The notes under the pieces were generated by a model, which was not told the DNA's origin, made no database searches, and saw only the letters and a program-made list of their open reading frames with translations. The position numbers and the translations under genes are program-made. 64,000 nucleotides of DNA from an uncultured delta proteobacterium (GTDB lineage Bacteria; Desulfobacterota; WTBG01), in assembly GCA_963793865.1 (NCBI GenBank), contig CAWCBP010000012.1, forward strand, positions 1-64,000, read 5' to 3'. Shown here in pieces: positions 1 to 10,217 of the stretch. How positions within the stretch are numbered: position 1 is the stretch's first letter; every line of letters starts with the position of its first letter.

Positions 1-8
1 GTTGAAGA

Positions 9-887
9 TCAACCTGTATCTATCGAAGGATTATATCGGTTATAATCTACAAGTGTTTGCAGTTCATTTCTATTGGGCAGTCGCCAGTCATCATGCCCGC
101 CGAGCGTGAAGTTATCACAATAGTAAAGTGCCTGTTGCCAATTGTAAGTGCCCGGCGCAGTATCCATTTGCCATATAAGACCAGTACCATTATCCGTCAC
201 AGTCCCGTTTCCATTGACAATGAAATCTCCATATGATCCATTTTCTCCTCCATGAACCGCTCGTACAAAGCGTCCGTTAGATTTGAGCAAGCGGCCAACC
301 ACGCCATCATAAAAAGAGACTATCCAAGCACGGGTCGGATCTGCCACACAGGGGATAGAAGACCAATAGGACAAAGAAGAATTATTTGTATTGGGGAAAT
401 AGAAGGTATTTATTGGAGGTGCGGGTACTGGTATGTTGCTGTCGATAAGACTGGATAGTTCCTTAATTGTGGGTAGCCGCCAGTCGGAGTAACCGCCGAA
501 AGTCTGTGCGTTGAGCGTTGTGCCGAATTCCATTGCCGCATCCCAAGTATAAGTATTATCAGCATCGTTGGCATTGCCATAATCTTTTACATTATCTTTT
601 GAGTTTTTTACCTCCCATACCAATCCGGTAATATTATCCCTCACCATTGCCCATGGCCAGGGTGCATTATCAGGCAGGTCATTGCCATTTGCATCCAGCT
701 TGGTATAGGAATGGGGGTTAGTAATATACTGCGCATCCTGTCCATAGAAATCCTCTCCCGGATTTGGACAGGTTATCTCCTGTGTGTTATCATAACACTT
801 TTTCTGTCCGGTATCTGGAACCGGTGTGGCAAGAGCTTTATAAGAAGAGGCCAATACTATTATGGATGCAATTAATAATCTTTGCAT
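9..887 (-). CDS. Secreted DUF1566 (Lcl-domain) protein with two Lcl repeats; second repeat appears truncated
   Basis: Signal peptide; VPDTGQKKCY, DNITGLVWE, DWRLPTIKEL, YWSS, DNGTGLIW and DWRLPNRNEL motifs. Confidence 0.85.
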   Translation of the reverse strand: MQRLLIASIIVLASSYKALATPVPDTGQKKCYDNTQEITCPNPGEDFYGQDAQYITNPHSYTKLDANGNDLPDNAPWPWAMVRDNITGLVWEVKNSKDNVKDYGNANDADNTYTWDAAMEFGTTLNAQTFGGYSDWRLPTIKELSSLIDSNIPVPAPPINTFYFPNTNNSSLSYWSSIPCVADPTRAWIVSFYDGVVGRLLKSNGRFVRAVHGGENGSYGDFIVNGNGTVTDNGTGLIWQMDTAPGTYNWQQALYYCDNFTLGGHDDWRLPNRNELQTLVDYNRYNPSIDTG

Positions 888-944
888 ACGGCGACCTTGC
901 TTTAAAATGACTATGCCACCGGCGACATAGTTATAATAAACGAC

Positions 945-1047
945 AAAACAAAGTAGTCATTGCGAGGAGCAAATGCGACGCGGCAATCTAATGAGATTGC
1001 TTCGCTAACGCTCGCAATGACATTCTATATGTCAATTTTTTAAAGTC
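945..1047. repeat. ~100-bp palindromic REP/MITE-like element (GTCATTGCGAG...GCAATCT/AGATTGC...CTCGCAATGAC), near-identical to 21342..21444
   Basis: Direct comparison of the two copies; internal inverted repeat at 956..1021. Confidence 0.9.
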
Positions 1048-1062
1048 ATTTGCATTAGTTAT

Positions 1063-1150
1063 CTGGATTACCCGATCAAGTCGCTTATGACGCATACTCG
1101 CATCATTGAAACTTGCATGCGGTCATTTTGTGACTTGATCGCCGGATCCA
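1063..1150. repeat. Degenerate REP-like pair (TGGAT...GATCAAGTC / GACTTGATC...ATCCA), related to 56021..56091
   Basis: Inverted copies visible in sequence. Confidence 0.65.
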
Positions 1151-1172
1151 CGATAAAGGCTATCCATGCTGG

Positions 1173-4100
1173 TCACTGAATTCTGGCCCCTGTCTCCTGT
1201 TTCTCTTTCCCCAGCATAAAGGGAAGTGACCTTAGATCCAATTCCCCGGCAACCACCTCCAGTCCGGTTTTGACGCTTACCTCGATCGATTCGCCAAGCG
1301 GTCCGGTGAGCCAGGCCGGCATCATCAGCCCCATGCAGAAGAGAGTTTCCTGGTTGATAACAAAGTACAGCGGCATAATTGATGGAGGGGTAAAGGTCAC
1401 CTTGCTGGCCTCGCTGAAGTGAGTATTGGTACCCCTGATGCTCAGGAAGAAGGGAAGCGGTATCCAGTGGGACTGCATGATACGTTGCGGGATTACCGTG
1501 ATACTTGGTGTCAGGCATGTATCGGTTTCTTCGTCACATTCTACCCCTTCAGGACAGGGGTCGGTTCCATCCTGACAATCACCGCCAACACAGGTTTCGA
1601 CACCGTTGCAGAACAGCCCGTCATCACACGGGGCATCCTCTGTGCAGTCGGTGCAAACATCACGTTCTTCATCGCAGGTGACGGTGGCCGGGCAGGGATT
1701 GCCTGTGTGCTCACACACATCGTTTGCTTCGTTGCAACTTTCTTCTCCGTTGCAGAATATCCCATCATCCACACAGGGACCTGTCCCCGGCTGGCAGGTT
1801 CTGTTAACGCAGGACTCAATTCCATTACAAAACAGGCCGTCATCACACTCAGCGGCAGACCTGCAGCCTCCGGTGTCAATCGGATGCATATCGATGTCCT
1901 GCCTGACGTATTGATCATTGGTATCTATCCTAATCCCATAGCTTGAATCAACATGCCGGTCCTCCCGGGCGGTCATGGTATAGCTTCCCGGTACTTCGGA
2001 TATCATATACTCGCCGCGGGTGGAGAGTGCACTCCCCGTACCGTTGACGATGGTAATAACCGCACCGTCTATAGGCTCCCCTGTTATGGCATCCTCCACC
2101 CTTCCGGCAACCGTGGCGGTTAACTCTGCCCAGCCGTCATAGACCCTCAGATCATAGCTCATCTCCCCTTCTCCGGTGGCTCCCCAAGATACCTTTACGT
2201 AGTAAATACCTTCCTGAAACAAGCCATCGTAGGTACAATCAAAATCAAACCAGACTTTGTCATTGTCATCAGCCGGGTACTCAATCTGGACATCAAGCGG
2301 TTCGATCAGGTCATCCTCCTTATAGAGCTCGATGACCGGGTAGGTCCCCTCCAGATTGCCCGCCTCGACGGTATAGGTATGTCCTTGTGCCGTGGGCACG
2401 GCGTAGAACTTCACCCAGTCCGTGTCATCAACTCCCTCCGGATGGTAGAGGGTATGCGGCTGGGAGCTGGGATGGTTTACCACGATCACATTGGCTTCTG
2501 ACGAATCATCATCATACTTACCGTCATTATCAGGATCTTCATAGATATCCCCGCCCGGCTGGTTGATGATGGGTTCCAAGGATGCGGATATGTTCGGATC
2601 TCCCTCGGCATCCAGGCTCATGGCATAGACAGTTACCTTACAGGCATAATCGACATTGAAAGAGCCCGCATAGGTTCCGTCTCCGTCGGGATCAAAAAGC
2701 TGCGGCTCAGGCTCAAATACCTCCTGGGGCACCCCTTCCGAAAAACCGGGGCAGTAGCCAATGGGACGTATCACTGCCCAGACTTTCGTAACCGGGTTAG
2801 TGGAGCTTACGTCGTGGGCGGCAATAGTTATCCAGTCTCCCTCTCTTGCAACAGAAACCGAGCCGATGAGGGGCAAATCATCGGCATAGGCCACCCCGTC
2901 TCCGAGGTATAACGCCGTAGCAATCTCGTAGTCATTCAATTCATTGGCGATGCCGTTGCTGTTGGCATCCATCAAGGGGTGCTGGGGACGGTAGCAGGAA
3001 AAGCTGATGTCATTCTCCCGGGTGCAGTAGGAAATGGCGCTTTTCGCATAGATAAAGGCATTCCCTATGGTCGCACCTGCCGCAACCCGGTCCCAGAAGA
3101 AGGAGGAGAACGAGACGTTTCCCTCAGTTTTGAAGTAGGCCGCGCTTTCCGCCCCGGTGCTGGTGGTGATGATGCGCTCTTTACCCTCAGGGGGCATGAG
3201 TGCTGGGATAAAGCTGCCTGATTTGTTGCCGTCGTAGATGATGGTGACCCGCGACTGCTTTTGATTCTGCAGATTATCAAGCCATTCATGGAGCTTGGAG
3301 GAAGTGAGGATTTTATCTTCATCACTCATATTCACGTCGTCATTCATGGCAAAGGTGCCGGTATCACCTGCACCGATAAGATAGATGGTTAAATCGAGGT
3401 TTTCCATTCCTACCTCGTTGGCAAGGCGGTGCAGGTGGCTCTCTAAATTATCTACCGTGGGGAAATAGGTTATAACATCTGGCAGGAAGGTGGTGACGCT
3501 CATAAAGTAAATATCTTCATCCGGATCATAACGCTGATCAATAAAGGCATTGTAGGCCAGGGAGGTGCTTTTCTCTATCATCGTACGGTTGAGCTCTCCA
3601 CCCGCACCTCCTCCCACAATTACAGCACTCCTGGTAAGGTTGCGGGAGATGCTGGTAAATCGGGGATTCGATGGGTTGCCTGACATATTGTCCATACGGT
3701 CCATGGCGTAGACGGCAATCTGGTAGAGGCCCATGGAGACAAACCCGTCATAGTCGCCTGCGTACGTACCTTCTTCTCCCGCAACAGGAAGCAGGTCAAC
3801 CGAAGGAAGGTCGGTTAAGGGGTTGGCAACCGATCCCGGATTATAATTGGGAGGCCAGATCACTGCCCATACCCGGGCGATTCCATCCGGGTCGATAACG
3901 TTGTTTGCTCTGAGCACTGCCTGTGTTTCAAGTTGGAGTTCAGGAGGTGAGATTGTTATGCTGCCAATCCCGGGGGCCTCGCCCACCATGCCGGCAACCC
4001 CGTTACCGATGTAAATATTGGGGCTCACATCAGTCGGCCTGATCTGGGGTGTCTGGTCGGCAATGATGTTTACTGCCCCGCTTGCCGTGTTGTATGAATT

Positions 4101-6593
4101 CAAGAGGCTGGATCCATTGAAGACACCGGTCCAGAAGAAATTGGAGAAGGATATGGTACCCTGGTTTATAAATTTTGCCTTCTCGAAGGGTCCGGTACTG
4201 GTGATAATTATGCGGTTAGCGCCCTCAAGGGCATTTATAAAGCTTCCCGACTGGCAGGCATCGATGATCACAATCACCCTGCCGGGGAAAATGTCAAGCA
4301 TGGCGGCAAGATCTGAAGCAGCGAGGGTTTCTGATGCACTCAGGCGGAAGGTTCCTTCTCCGGACTCATTGGTACCTCCGTGATCGGTGAGATACAGCAC
4401 CAGGTTTTCAACATTATTAATGCCTGCCTGCATAATTTCAGCGTTGAGACGCGGAATGCTGGGAACATCCTCAACATTTGACTCACCATCTTTATCAAGG
4501 TCAAGATCGGTATCTTCAGAGAGGTAGGTAATGTCTGCTGTATTAAAGCCCTGGTAGGTCAATGCGCGGTAGGCAAAGCTTGCGCACATCTGGGTAGCGT
4601 CCCACAGGCTGTTGGCGTATGAACCGCCCCCGGCAACGATAATTACCCTGCTGTTTTCTAAAATCTCAATCTTGGTGAATACCTGGATGCGGTTGTTGTA
4701 CTTGTCTGCAACATATACTTTTTCCTCACTGTCAACCGCAAGGTAATGCAATTCATTCATCTGCTCCGGATTTGAGCCGCAGCTTCCCAAAGAAGAAGCA
4801 AGTTCTCCGCCGGGATTGAATTTAAGGAAGCGGCAATTTTCAGCGTCGGCTACGTAAATATTACCACTATTATCTGAAGCAAGACCCCATGGTCGGTAAA
4901 ATGTACTGCCGTCGTTTGTACCAAACCAAGTAGTTATGTACTGACCTTCCGTGGTAAATGTATGGATGTAGCCGGCATATGATGTCATCGGACTTCCCCA
5001 ATCAGCCACACACACATACTCTGTACCGGATGCGTCCCCGGCAATCGTAATACCAAAAGGTTGATAAAACTCCTGGCCGCTGCCCCAAGTGTTCCAAATG
5101 CCGGCAGATTCATAGTTGGATCCTTCATTAAGCGGTCTGAATTTCTGTATGCGATGATGAAGTTGAAGGTTACCAAAAGAATCAACACTTGATGCCTGAT
5201 CTGTTACGTACACATTTCCACTGCTATCAATCGCTATTGATTCAGGAACGAGAGGCAAATTGTCACCACTTACCAGCGTAGTAATAAGGTGTCCGTCGGG
5301 TGCAATTTTTTGGATACGATTATTACCTCCATCACAAATGTAAACATTGTCATATTGGTCTACTGTGATTCCGACAGGGCCGTCAAATTGGCCGGTCAGC
5401 CTTGCTTCACATTGGGAAGTAATATGTATACCTTCCGCGGTAAATTTATGGATGCAATTTTGTACCGGGTCTGAAACATAGACAGTTTTATTGCTTCCTA
5501 TTGCTATACCTTCCGGCAGCAATGGCCGGCCCGCGCCTGCTTCAGAGCTGCTCCACCTCTGTAATTCCTGGCCGGAAGGGGTTAGTTTTTTTATTCGATT
5601 CTGAAATGCTTCTGTTATATAGAGATACCCATCGCCATCCACCGCTATGCCTTCCGGATGTCCACCAAGACTGCCCCAGCGTTCAATGAGCTCCCCATCT
5701 GTGTTTATCTTGTAAATATATGAATCGCGGGCATAGGCACCTATATCTGTCACATAGAGATTGCAGCTTGCATCCATAGTTATGTCCTGTGGACTATCAT
5801 ATTGCGCTCCACCGGGGAAAGTATTATCCCATTTGATTATGAAACTTCCATTGGAAGTGAATTTCTGGATGCGCCGATTGCCAGTATCCGTTACATAGAC
5901 ATAGCCATCAGCTCCTACTGCTACAGCAGAGGGATCCATAAATTCACCGTCAGCAGTACCAGAACTTCCGTCACCACCATTCCTCCCCCACTTGGTGATA
6001 TAGCTTCCATCTGAGGAAAACTTCTGGATACGGTGATTGCGTATATCAGCCACGTATACATAACCGTCGATATCGAGGGAAATACCGAAGGGTTCTTGAA
6101 ATTCACCATTGCCATTGCCGGCAGTGCCGTCACCATTGTTCCTCCCCCATTTGGTGATATAACTTCCATCTGAGGAAAACTTCTGGATACGGTGATTATA
6201 AGTGTCTGCCACATACACATTGCTATTGCTGTCCGTGGTGACCCCGCTGGGCCCTATTGGAAATGTGGGATTCAAGATCCCAAATTCGCCGTTCCCTGTG
6301 CCCTCATGCCCCCACATGGTAATGAATTGTCCGCTGCTGTTATACTTTTGAACGCGAATATAACTTGAATCCGCGATATAAACGAAACCATCCGGGGATA
6401 CAGCAATGTCATGCGGATAATTAAAATACCAGGGTTGGAGAAGGGTGGGCCACATGCGCTCAAAGCGATAGGTTTCCTGGGAATATGCTCCGGAAGGTAG
6501 AATAACCAATAAACTTACCAAAACAAGAAAAGCCTTCCCCACAGATCTTGATAGTTTATCTTTTATATTCCACATCCACAACTCACTGCACAC
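1173..6593 (-). CDS. Large secreted protein: NHL-repeat propellers, two C13/caspase-fold (clan CD) domains, Ig/carboxypeptidase-regulatory-like domain, Cys-rich CDDGLFCNG repeats, C-terminal domain
   Basis: Many YVADxxNHRIQKF repeats; LYLTDHGG...IIDACQSGSF dyad; CDDG(L/I)FCNG repeats; N-terminal hydrophobic signal. Confidence 0.85.
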   Translation of the reverse strand: MCSELWMWNIKDKLSRSVGKAFLVLVSLLVILPSGAYSQETYRFERMWPTLLQPWYFNYPHDIAVSPDGFVYIADSSYIRVQKYNSSGQFITMWGHEGTGNGEFGILNPTFPIGPSGVTTDSNSNVYVADTYNHRIQKFSSDGSYITKWGRNNGDGTAGNGNGEFQEPFGISLDIDGYVYVADIRNHRIQKFSSDGSYITKWGRNGGDGSSGTADGEFMDPSAVAVGADGYVYVTDTGNRRIQKFTSNGSFIIKWDNTFPGGAQYDSPQDITMDASCNLYVTDIGAYARDSYIYKINTDGELIERWGSLGGHPEGIAVDGDGYLYITEAFQNRIKKLTPSGQELQRWSSSEAGAGRPLLPEGIAIGSNKTVYVSDPVQNCIHKFTAEGIHITSQCEARLTGQFDGPVGITVDQYDNVYICDGGNNRIQKIAPDGHLITTLVSGDNLPLVPESIAIDSSGNVYVTDQASSVDSFGNLQLHHRIQKFRPLNEGSNYESAGIWNTWGSGQEFYQPFGITIAGDASGTEYVCVADWGSPMTSYAGYIHTFTTEGQYITTWFGTNDGSTFYRPWGLASDNSGNIYVADAENCRFLKFNPGGELASSLGSCGSNPEQMNELHYLAVDSEEKVYVADKYNNRIQVFTKIEILENSRVIIVAGGGSYANSLWDATQMCASFAYRALTYQGFNTADITYLSEDTDLDLDKDGESNVEDVPSIPRLNAEIMQAGINNVENLVLYLTDHGGTNESGEGTFRLSASETLAASDLAAMLDIFPGRVIVIIDACQSGSFINALEGANRIIITSTGPFEKAKFINQGTISFSNFFWTGVFNGSSLLNSYNTASGAVNIIADQTPQIRPTDVSPNIYIGNGVAGMVGEAPGIGSITISPPELQLETQAVLRANNVIDPDGIARVWAVIWPPNYNPGSVANPLTDLPSVDLLPVAGEEGTYAGDYDGFVSMGLYQIAVYAMDRMDNMSGNPSNPRFTSISRNLTRSAVIVGGGAGGELNRTMIEKSTSLAYNAFIDQRYDPDEDIYFMSVTTFLPDVITYFPTVDNLESHLHRLANEVGMENLDLTIYLIGAGDTGTFAMNDDVNMSDEDKILTSSKLHEWLDNLQNQKQSRVTIIYDGNKSGSFIPALMPPEGKERIITTSTGAESAAYFKTEGNVSFSSFFWDRVAAGATIGNAFIYAKSAISYCTRENDISFSCYRPQHPLMDANSNGIANELNDYEIATALYLGDGVAYADDLPLIGSVSVAREGDWITIAAHDVSSTNPVTKVWAVIRPIGYCPGFSEGVPQEVFEPEPQLFDPDGDGTYAGSFNVDYACKVTVYAMSLDAEGDPNISASLEPIINQPGGDIYEDPDNDGKYDDDSSEANVIVVNHPSSQPHTLYHPEGVDDTDWVKFYAVPTAQGHTYTVEAGNLEGTYPVIELYKEDDLIEPLDVQIEYPADDNDKVWFDFDCTYDGLFQEGIYYVKVSWGATGEGEMSYDLRVYDGWAELTATVAGRVEDAITGEPIDGAVITIVNGTGSALSTRGEYMISEVPGSYTMTAREDRHVDSSYGIRIDTNDQYVRQDIDMHPIDTGGCRSAAECDDGLFCNGIESCVNRTCQPGTGPCVDDGIFCNGEESCNEANDVCEHTGNPCPATVTCDEERDVCTDCTEDAPCDDGLFCNGVETCVGGDCQDGTDPCPEGVECDEETDTCLTPSITVIPQRIMQSHWIPLPFFLSIRGTNTHFSEASKVTFTPPSIMPLYFVINQETLFCMGLMMPAWLTGPLGESIEVSVKTGLEVVAGELDLRSLPFMLGKEKQETGARIQ

Positions 6594-6651
6594 GATCTTG
6601 GTCCGTCAATAAGTTTGTATATTGGCATCCACAGACGAGTTTTAAGTACGA

Positions 6652-7692
6652 TCAATTTTCACAAACACCGTATTTATTGGTTCCAATCTTATCCCCTTTT
6701 TCTATGTCCATGAGAGACCAGTTTCGATTAACGCTCGGTGAAGCGGGTTGATTCATACCCCGGGCGATGACATTCCGAACCCATAAAACAACCGCATCTA
6801 AATCAGAAATTACACTTTTACTGCTTATGTCTTCAGACGGAATTATTCCCTCGAGGTATGATTGTAAACTTTGCTGAAAAGCACCTGCACACAACACATA
6901 AGGAACAACAATTACTCTTCCTTGATCTTTTAAGCTTTTTGCAGTTTTTATGAGCTCAATTATTGCCTGTTCACGGATTAAGTCGGCTGAATGATTCCTG
7001 AGGGATATACACACAACTGATCTGAACCCGATCTTGCTTTTAATCGCTTCTCCAATCTGCTCCATCTGCCGGTCCCACAAAATATTTTCAAGTTCATCTA
7101 CGGCCCCATAACTCACCAGAAGGAGTGATGCACTTTCGGGATTTCGGAGCATTTCCTGAGATGGGCTGTTCAATATTTCCTGAGCCTGGTCGCTCAATAT
7201 TTTAACTATCAGGGGATTATCGTCCATTGCAGGCGAAACCGCATAGTGCATGGCGGGTAGATCATATGAAGCCAGCACTTGTTTATATGACCAGGGCTTT
7301 TTGATCATAACCTTCTTACTCGAAGCTATAGTTTCAGCTATAGATTCTGTGAGCTCTATGTGACGTATGCTGAATGAAGAGGGTGACAGGTGAATAAATA
7401 ATATATTATTAATCCCCTGTGCCTGCAAATTAATGACAGCATCTTTCAATGTTTTTTTGTTTGCATAGCGTAAGAAAGCAAGTTCTAGTTTTAGAGAGGG
7501 TTCATCGCGCTTAATTTTTTCATAAAGGGCTTGCACCTGGGTGTTGCAGTCCAGTTGAGGATTATTTGATCCATGGGCAACCAGAACAACGCCTAACTGC
7601 TCCTGCTGTTTAGCCATTTCGGCAACTGCCGGTGAATACAAAAAGATGGTGAAGAAAAAGATAACCAAGAGTATCTTCTTGCTACATTCCAT
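6652..7692 (-). CDS. Exported CbiX/SirB-like chelatase-fold protein
   Basis: Signal peptide ending AVA; GVVLVAHGS, ELAFL and VIVVPYVL motifs; GGAGG RBS. Confidence 0.7.
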   Translation of the reverse strand: MECSKKILLVIFFFTIFLYSPAVAEMAKQQEQLGVVLVAHGSNNPQLDCNTQVQALYEKIKRDEPSLKLELAFLRYANKKTLKDAVINLQAQGINNILFIHLSPSSFSIRHIELTESIAETIASSKKVMIKKPWSYKQVLASYDLPAMHYAVSPAMDDNPLIVKILSDQAQEILNSPSQEMLRNPESASLLLVSYGAVDELENILWDRQMEQIGEAIKSKIGFRSVVCISLRNHSADLIREQAIIELIKTAKSLKDQGRVIVVPYVLCAGAFQQSLQSYLEGIIPSEDISSKSVISDLDAVVLWVRNVIARGMNQPASPSVNRNWSLMDIEKGDKIGTNKYGVCEN

Positions 7693-7731
7693 ATACTACC
7701 TCCTTTCCAAAGGGGACACTGACAAATTATG

Positions 7732-9474
7732 TTATTGACACTGAGCAGGCACCTCTGATGGTACCGGACATGCGCATAACCCTGTTCCCGTCCCATTAAA
7801 GTTGTGAGCTTTACGGCTAGTGAGGGGAATGGTAACAACACAGGTGGTCTCAGGGGTAAAAGAACACCCCTCGGCTTCGACCTTAATCTTGTAGATTCCA
7901 TCGTCTAAATTTGAAAAGTGGTATAACCCTGTAGAGGGATCTGCTGTCGCAGTGCCGGCGTCATAGGTTCCGGGCATTTCGCAGCCTATTGCCTTATCCA
8001 GTTTGACTGTAACACTCTGCGTAGGGCTTCCAATATACCAATCGTATGAATCACATGTTTTTGAAACAACCCCTGCAATGCATCTCTTATAGTCGGGGTC
8101 TTTGAATAGAAATGTGTTGTTTGAAATGGAGCAATTGAGCAGCAGGTTAACAGGCCGTTCTTCGGTTATATAACCAGTTTTGGAAAAACGAAATGTGTGA
8201 GATCTTGAAGAGAATTGATTCCTTCCATAATCACCGTATTGATCTGTGGTGCCGTTTGGTAAGGAATTACATTCTGTTGGACTTATTACTTCACAAACTG
8301 TTGCCAGAGGAATTACCTCACCGGAACATGCACTGCATATCTTTCCTGCCATCCAGAAATACCCTGTCAGACCTTGCTCGTATATAATTCCATTTATACC
8401 CACGACAAAGACATGGGGATTCTTACTAACCCATACAGCATTAAGTCTTTTATCCGCGGGTTTTTGCACCTCATTCCATGTTCCCTTATCATAACTATAG
8501 TGAAGAACAGTGCCAGCTTCACCGACTGCGAAGACAGTACCTGGTGAAGTACCCCAGATGCTTTTGAGAGATGTGCTTTTGAGAGATATTGATTCAGACT
8601 TCTGAGGGATCCATTTCTTGCCTCTGTCTTTGGTAAAAAGAATCGTTCCTTCATCACCCACGACAAAAAGAACGGATCCGGTAATTCCCCACACGCTATT
8701 CAGATTTTTTTGTGCATCTTGTTTTATTACCTGCCAGATGCGGTCTCGTTTGCCGTCATCATTTCCGTCGCCATCATAATGGAGTATTGTGCCGTTTGCG
8801 CCAACAGCGAAGATATTATCAGGGGCACTTCCCCAGACGGCGTTGAGTTGTACTGTGGTATTGCTTGACATGAATTCCCAGAGATTATCAGGCTTGCCGT
8901 CATTGTTTCCATCACCGTCATAATGAAGAATAATGCCAGCAGCACCCACGGCAAAAACGTCATTCACGCTACTGCCCCATATGCCATAAATGGTTCCCGT
9001 AGGCAGATCACTTTCAGGAATATTCATAACGGACCAATTAATACCCTTGGAGCCATAGAGAATGGTACCATTTTCACCCGCTGCGTAAACGCCAATCTTA
9101 GACTCTCCCCACACAGCATGAAGCTTGGGTAGTTTTATATTGGGAATTATTGTTTCTTCCCAGATTTCATCCGGCTTACTGTCATTATTTCCATCGCCAT
9201 CGTAGTGAAGGATAATACCAGCATCAATACCTTTGAAGCCTACAGCAAATATGTCATTTTTTGATCGTCCGCTGACGCCTTGAAGCATAATTGTCGGCAT
9301 GGCAACTTCAACAATCTTTTCCGTCACACCCTTTTCTTCTATTGGTTTGGTAACGCGAATTGTCTGAATACTCATTTTTTTCCAAGCAATTTGTGCGTGG
9401 ACTGCAGGTAAGATAAAAAATGACACTAAGAACGCTTGGATGATGAGGAAAAATTTTGTCAGTTTCTTATTCAT
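7732..9474 (-). CDS. Secreted beta-propeller protein (VWGSxxNDVFAVG repeats) with C-terminal carboxypeptidase-regulatory/SdrD-B-like domains
   Basis: About 7 L(N/H)AVWG...FAVG..GxILHY repeats; signal peptide; AAGGAGG RBS. Confidence 0.8.
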   Translation of the reverse strand: MNKKLTKFFLIIQAFLVSFFILPAVHAQIAWKKMSIQTIRVTKPIEEKGVTEKIVEVAMPTIMLQGVSGRSKNDIFAVGFKGIDAGIILHYDGDGNNDSKPDEIWEETIIPNIKLPKLHAVWGESKIGVYAAGENGTILYGSKGINWSVMNIPESDLPTGTIYGIWGSSVNDVFAVGAAGIILHYDGDGNNDGKPDNLWEFMSSNTTVQLNAVWGSAPDNIFAVGANGTILHYDGDGNDDGKRDRIWQVIKQDAQKNLNSVWGITGSVLFVVGDEGTILFTKDRGKKWIPQKSESISLKSTSLKSIWGTSPGTVFAVGEAGTVLHYSYDKGTWNEVQKPADKRLNAVWVSKNPHVFVVGINGIIYEQGLTGYFWMAGKICSACSGEVIPLATVCEVISPTECNSLPNGTTDQYGDYGRNQFSSRSHTFRFSKTGYITEERPVNLLLNCSISNNTFLFKDPDYKRCIAGVVSKTCDSYDWYIGSPTQSVTVKLDKAIGCEMPGTYDAGTATADPSTGLYHFSNLDDGIYKIKVEAEGCSFTPETTCVVTIPLTSRKAHNFNGTGTGLCACPVPSEVPAQCQ

Positions 9475-9583
9475 ACCCCCTCCTTTAAAAAGAAAATAAT
9501 ATCTACCGATGACCGCCTGTGCATGATTTTCCTCTTATTGTTATTAAACCAGGCTGTGCTTAGATCCTCCGCCGAAATCAAAA

Positions 9584-9618
9584 AGAGGCTTCCGCCGTCA
9601 TGAGCTGGATAAGCCTCT
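9584..9618 (-). terminator. Intrinsic terminator-like hairpin downstream of the small-protein gene
   Basis: AGAGGCTT...AAGCCTCT followed by a T-run on the minus strand. Confidence 0.55.
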
Positions 9619-9732
9619 CGCTCTCAACCAATGCCCTCATGGTCCTTTCACAGTTGAACGGAAATCCATATCAGGCCTATGTTACTTTCAGAACCTATGT
9701 TTGTTGCAGGAAATAAAGGGACAAAAAAGGCC

Positions 9733-9921
9733 TTAAAACATTGCCCAATCGGTACAGGGGTCGATGGTTAAATCAGGCAGCTCACATGGATATGCATCAA
9801 CCGGCGTGTACCAGTTTGCTGCCTCCATGTTCGTGTCAAATTCTGCCAGAGCGTTATACAAGCCTTCGCCGATCATGCCCAGAGCCATTACCACCATCAG
9901 AACCAGTATCATCTTTTTCAT
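9733..9921 (-). CDS. Small (62 aa) membrane-anchored/secreted protein, paralogue family member 1
   Basis: GGAGG RBS; MKK plus hydrophobic helix; YPCELPDLTID motif shared with two paralogues. Confidence 0.75.
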   Translation of the reverse strand: MKKMILVLMVVMALGMIGEGLYNALAEFDTNMEAANWYTPVDAYPCELPDLTIDPCTDWAMF

Positions 9922-9982
9922 TGTCCCGCCCTCCCGTAATCTGTTGATGAGTCAAATTCCAATCTCTTGTCTTTGTTTCACG

Positions 9983-10009
9983 ATACGGGCTGGGTGACAA
10001 TATCTTACA
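9983..10009 (-). promoter_or_regulatory. Candidate ECF promoter TGTAAGAT-N14-CGTAT
   Basis: Same bipartite motif and spacing as the other copies; oriented toward the gene starting at 9921. Confidence 0.75.
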
Positions 10010-10217
10010 AGAGAGACAGCCTCGGATTATGTCCCGGAAGAGAGAGAAGTAATGGCGGTTTTGCGCAAATGATGCCCTCCTTTTTATTCATGAACCAAGC
10101 TGATTTTCTTAAAAGCAGCTTACCTTTCAATAATATAGAAAAAGGAATGGCCGGGCGATATGATTATGGGGGGTATTTAAATGTTAATATATTCAATCAT
10201 GTATCCAGGGAAAATAC

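Noticed and set aside
1..30. TGA at the end of the DUF1566 gene as selenocysteine
   Set aside because: Not a Cys-equivalent position and no downstream sequence to assess a SECIS; truncation or an edge artefact is more likely
9480..9730. Cobalamin or other riboswitch upstream of the propeller/CbiX operon
   Set aside because: Only a CAACTGTGA fragment and a terminator hairpin are present; the conserved aptamer elements are missing
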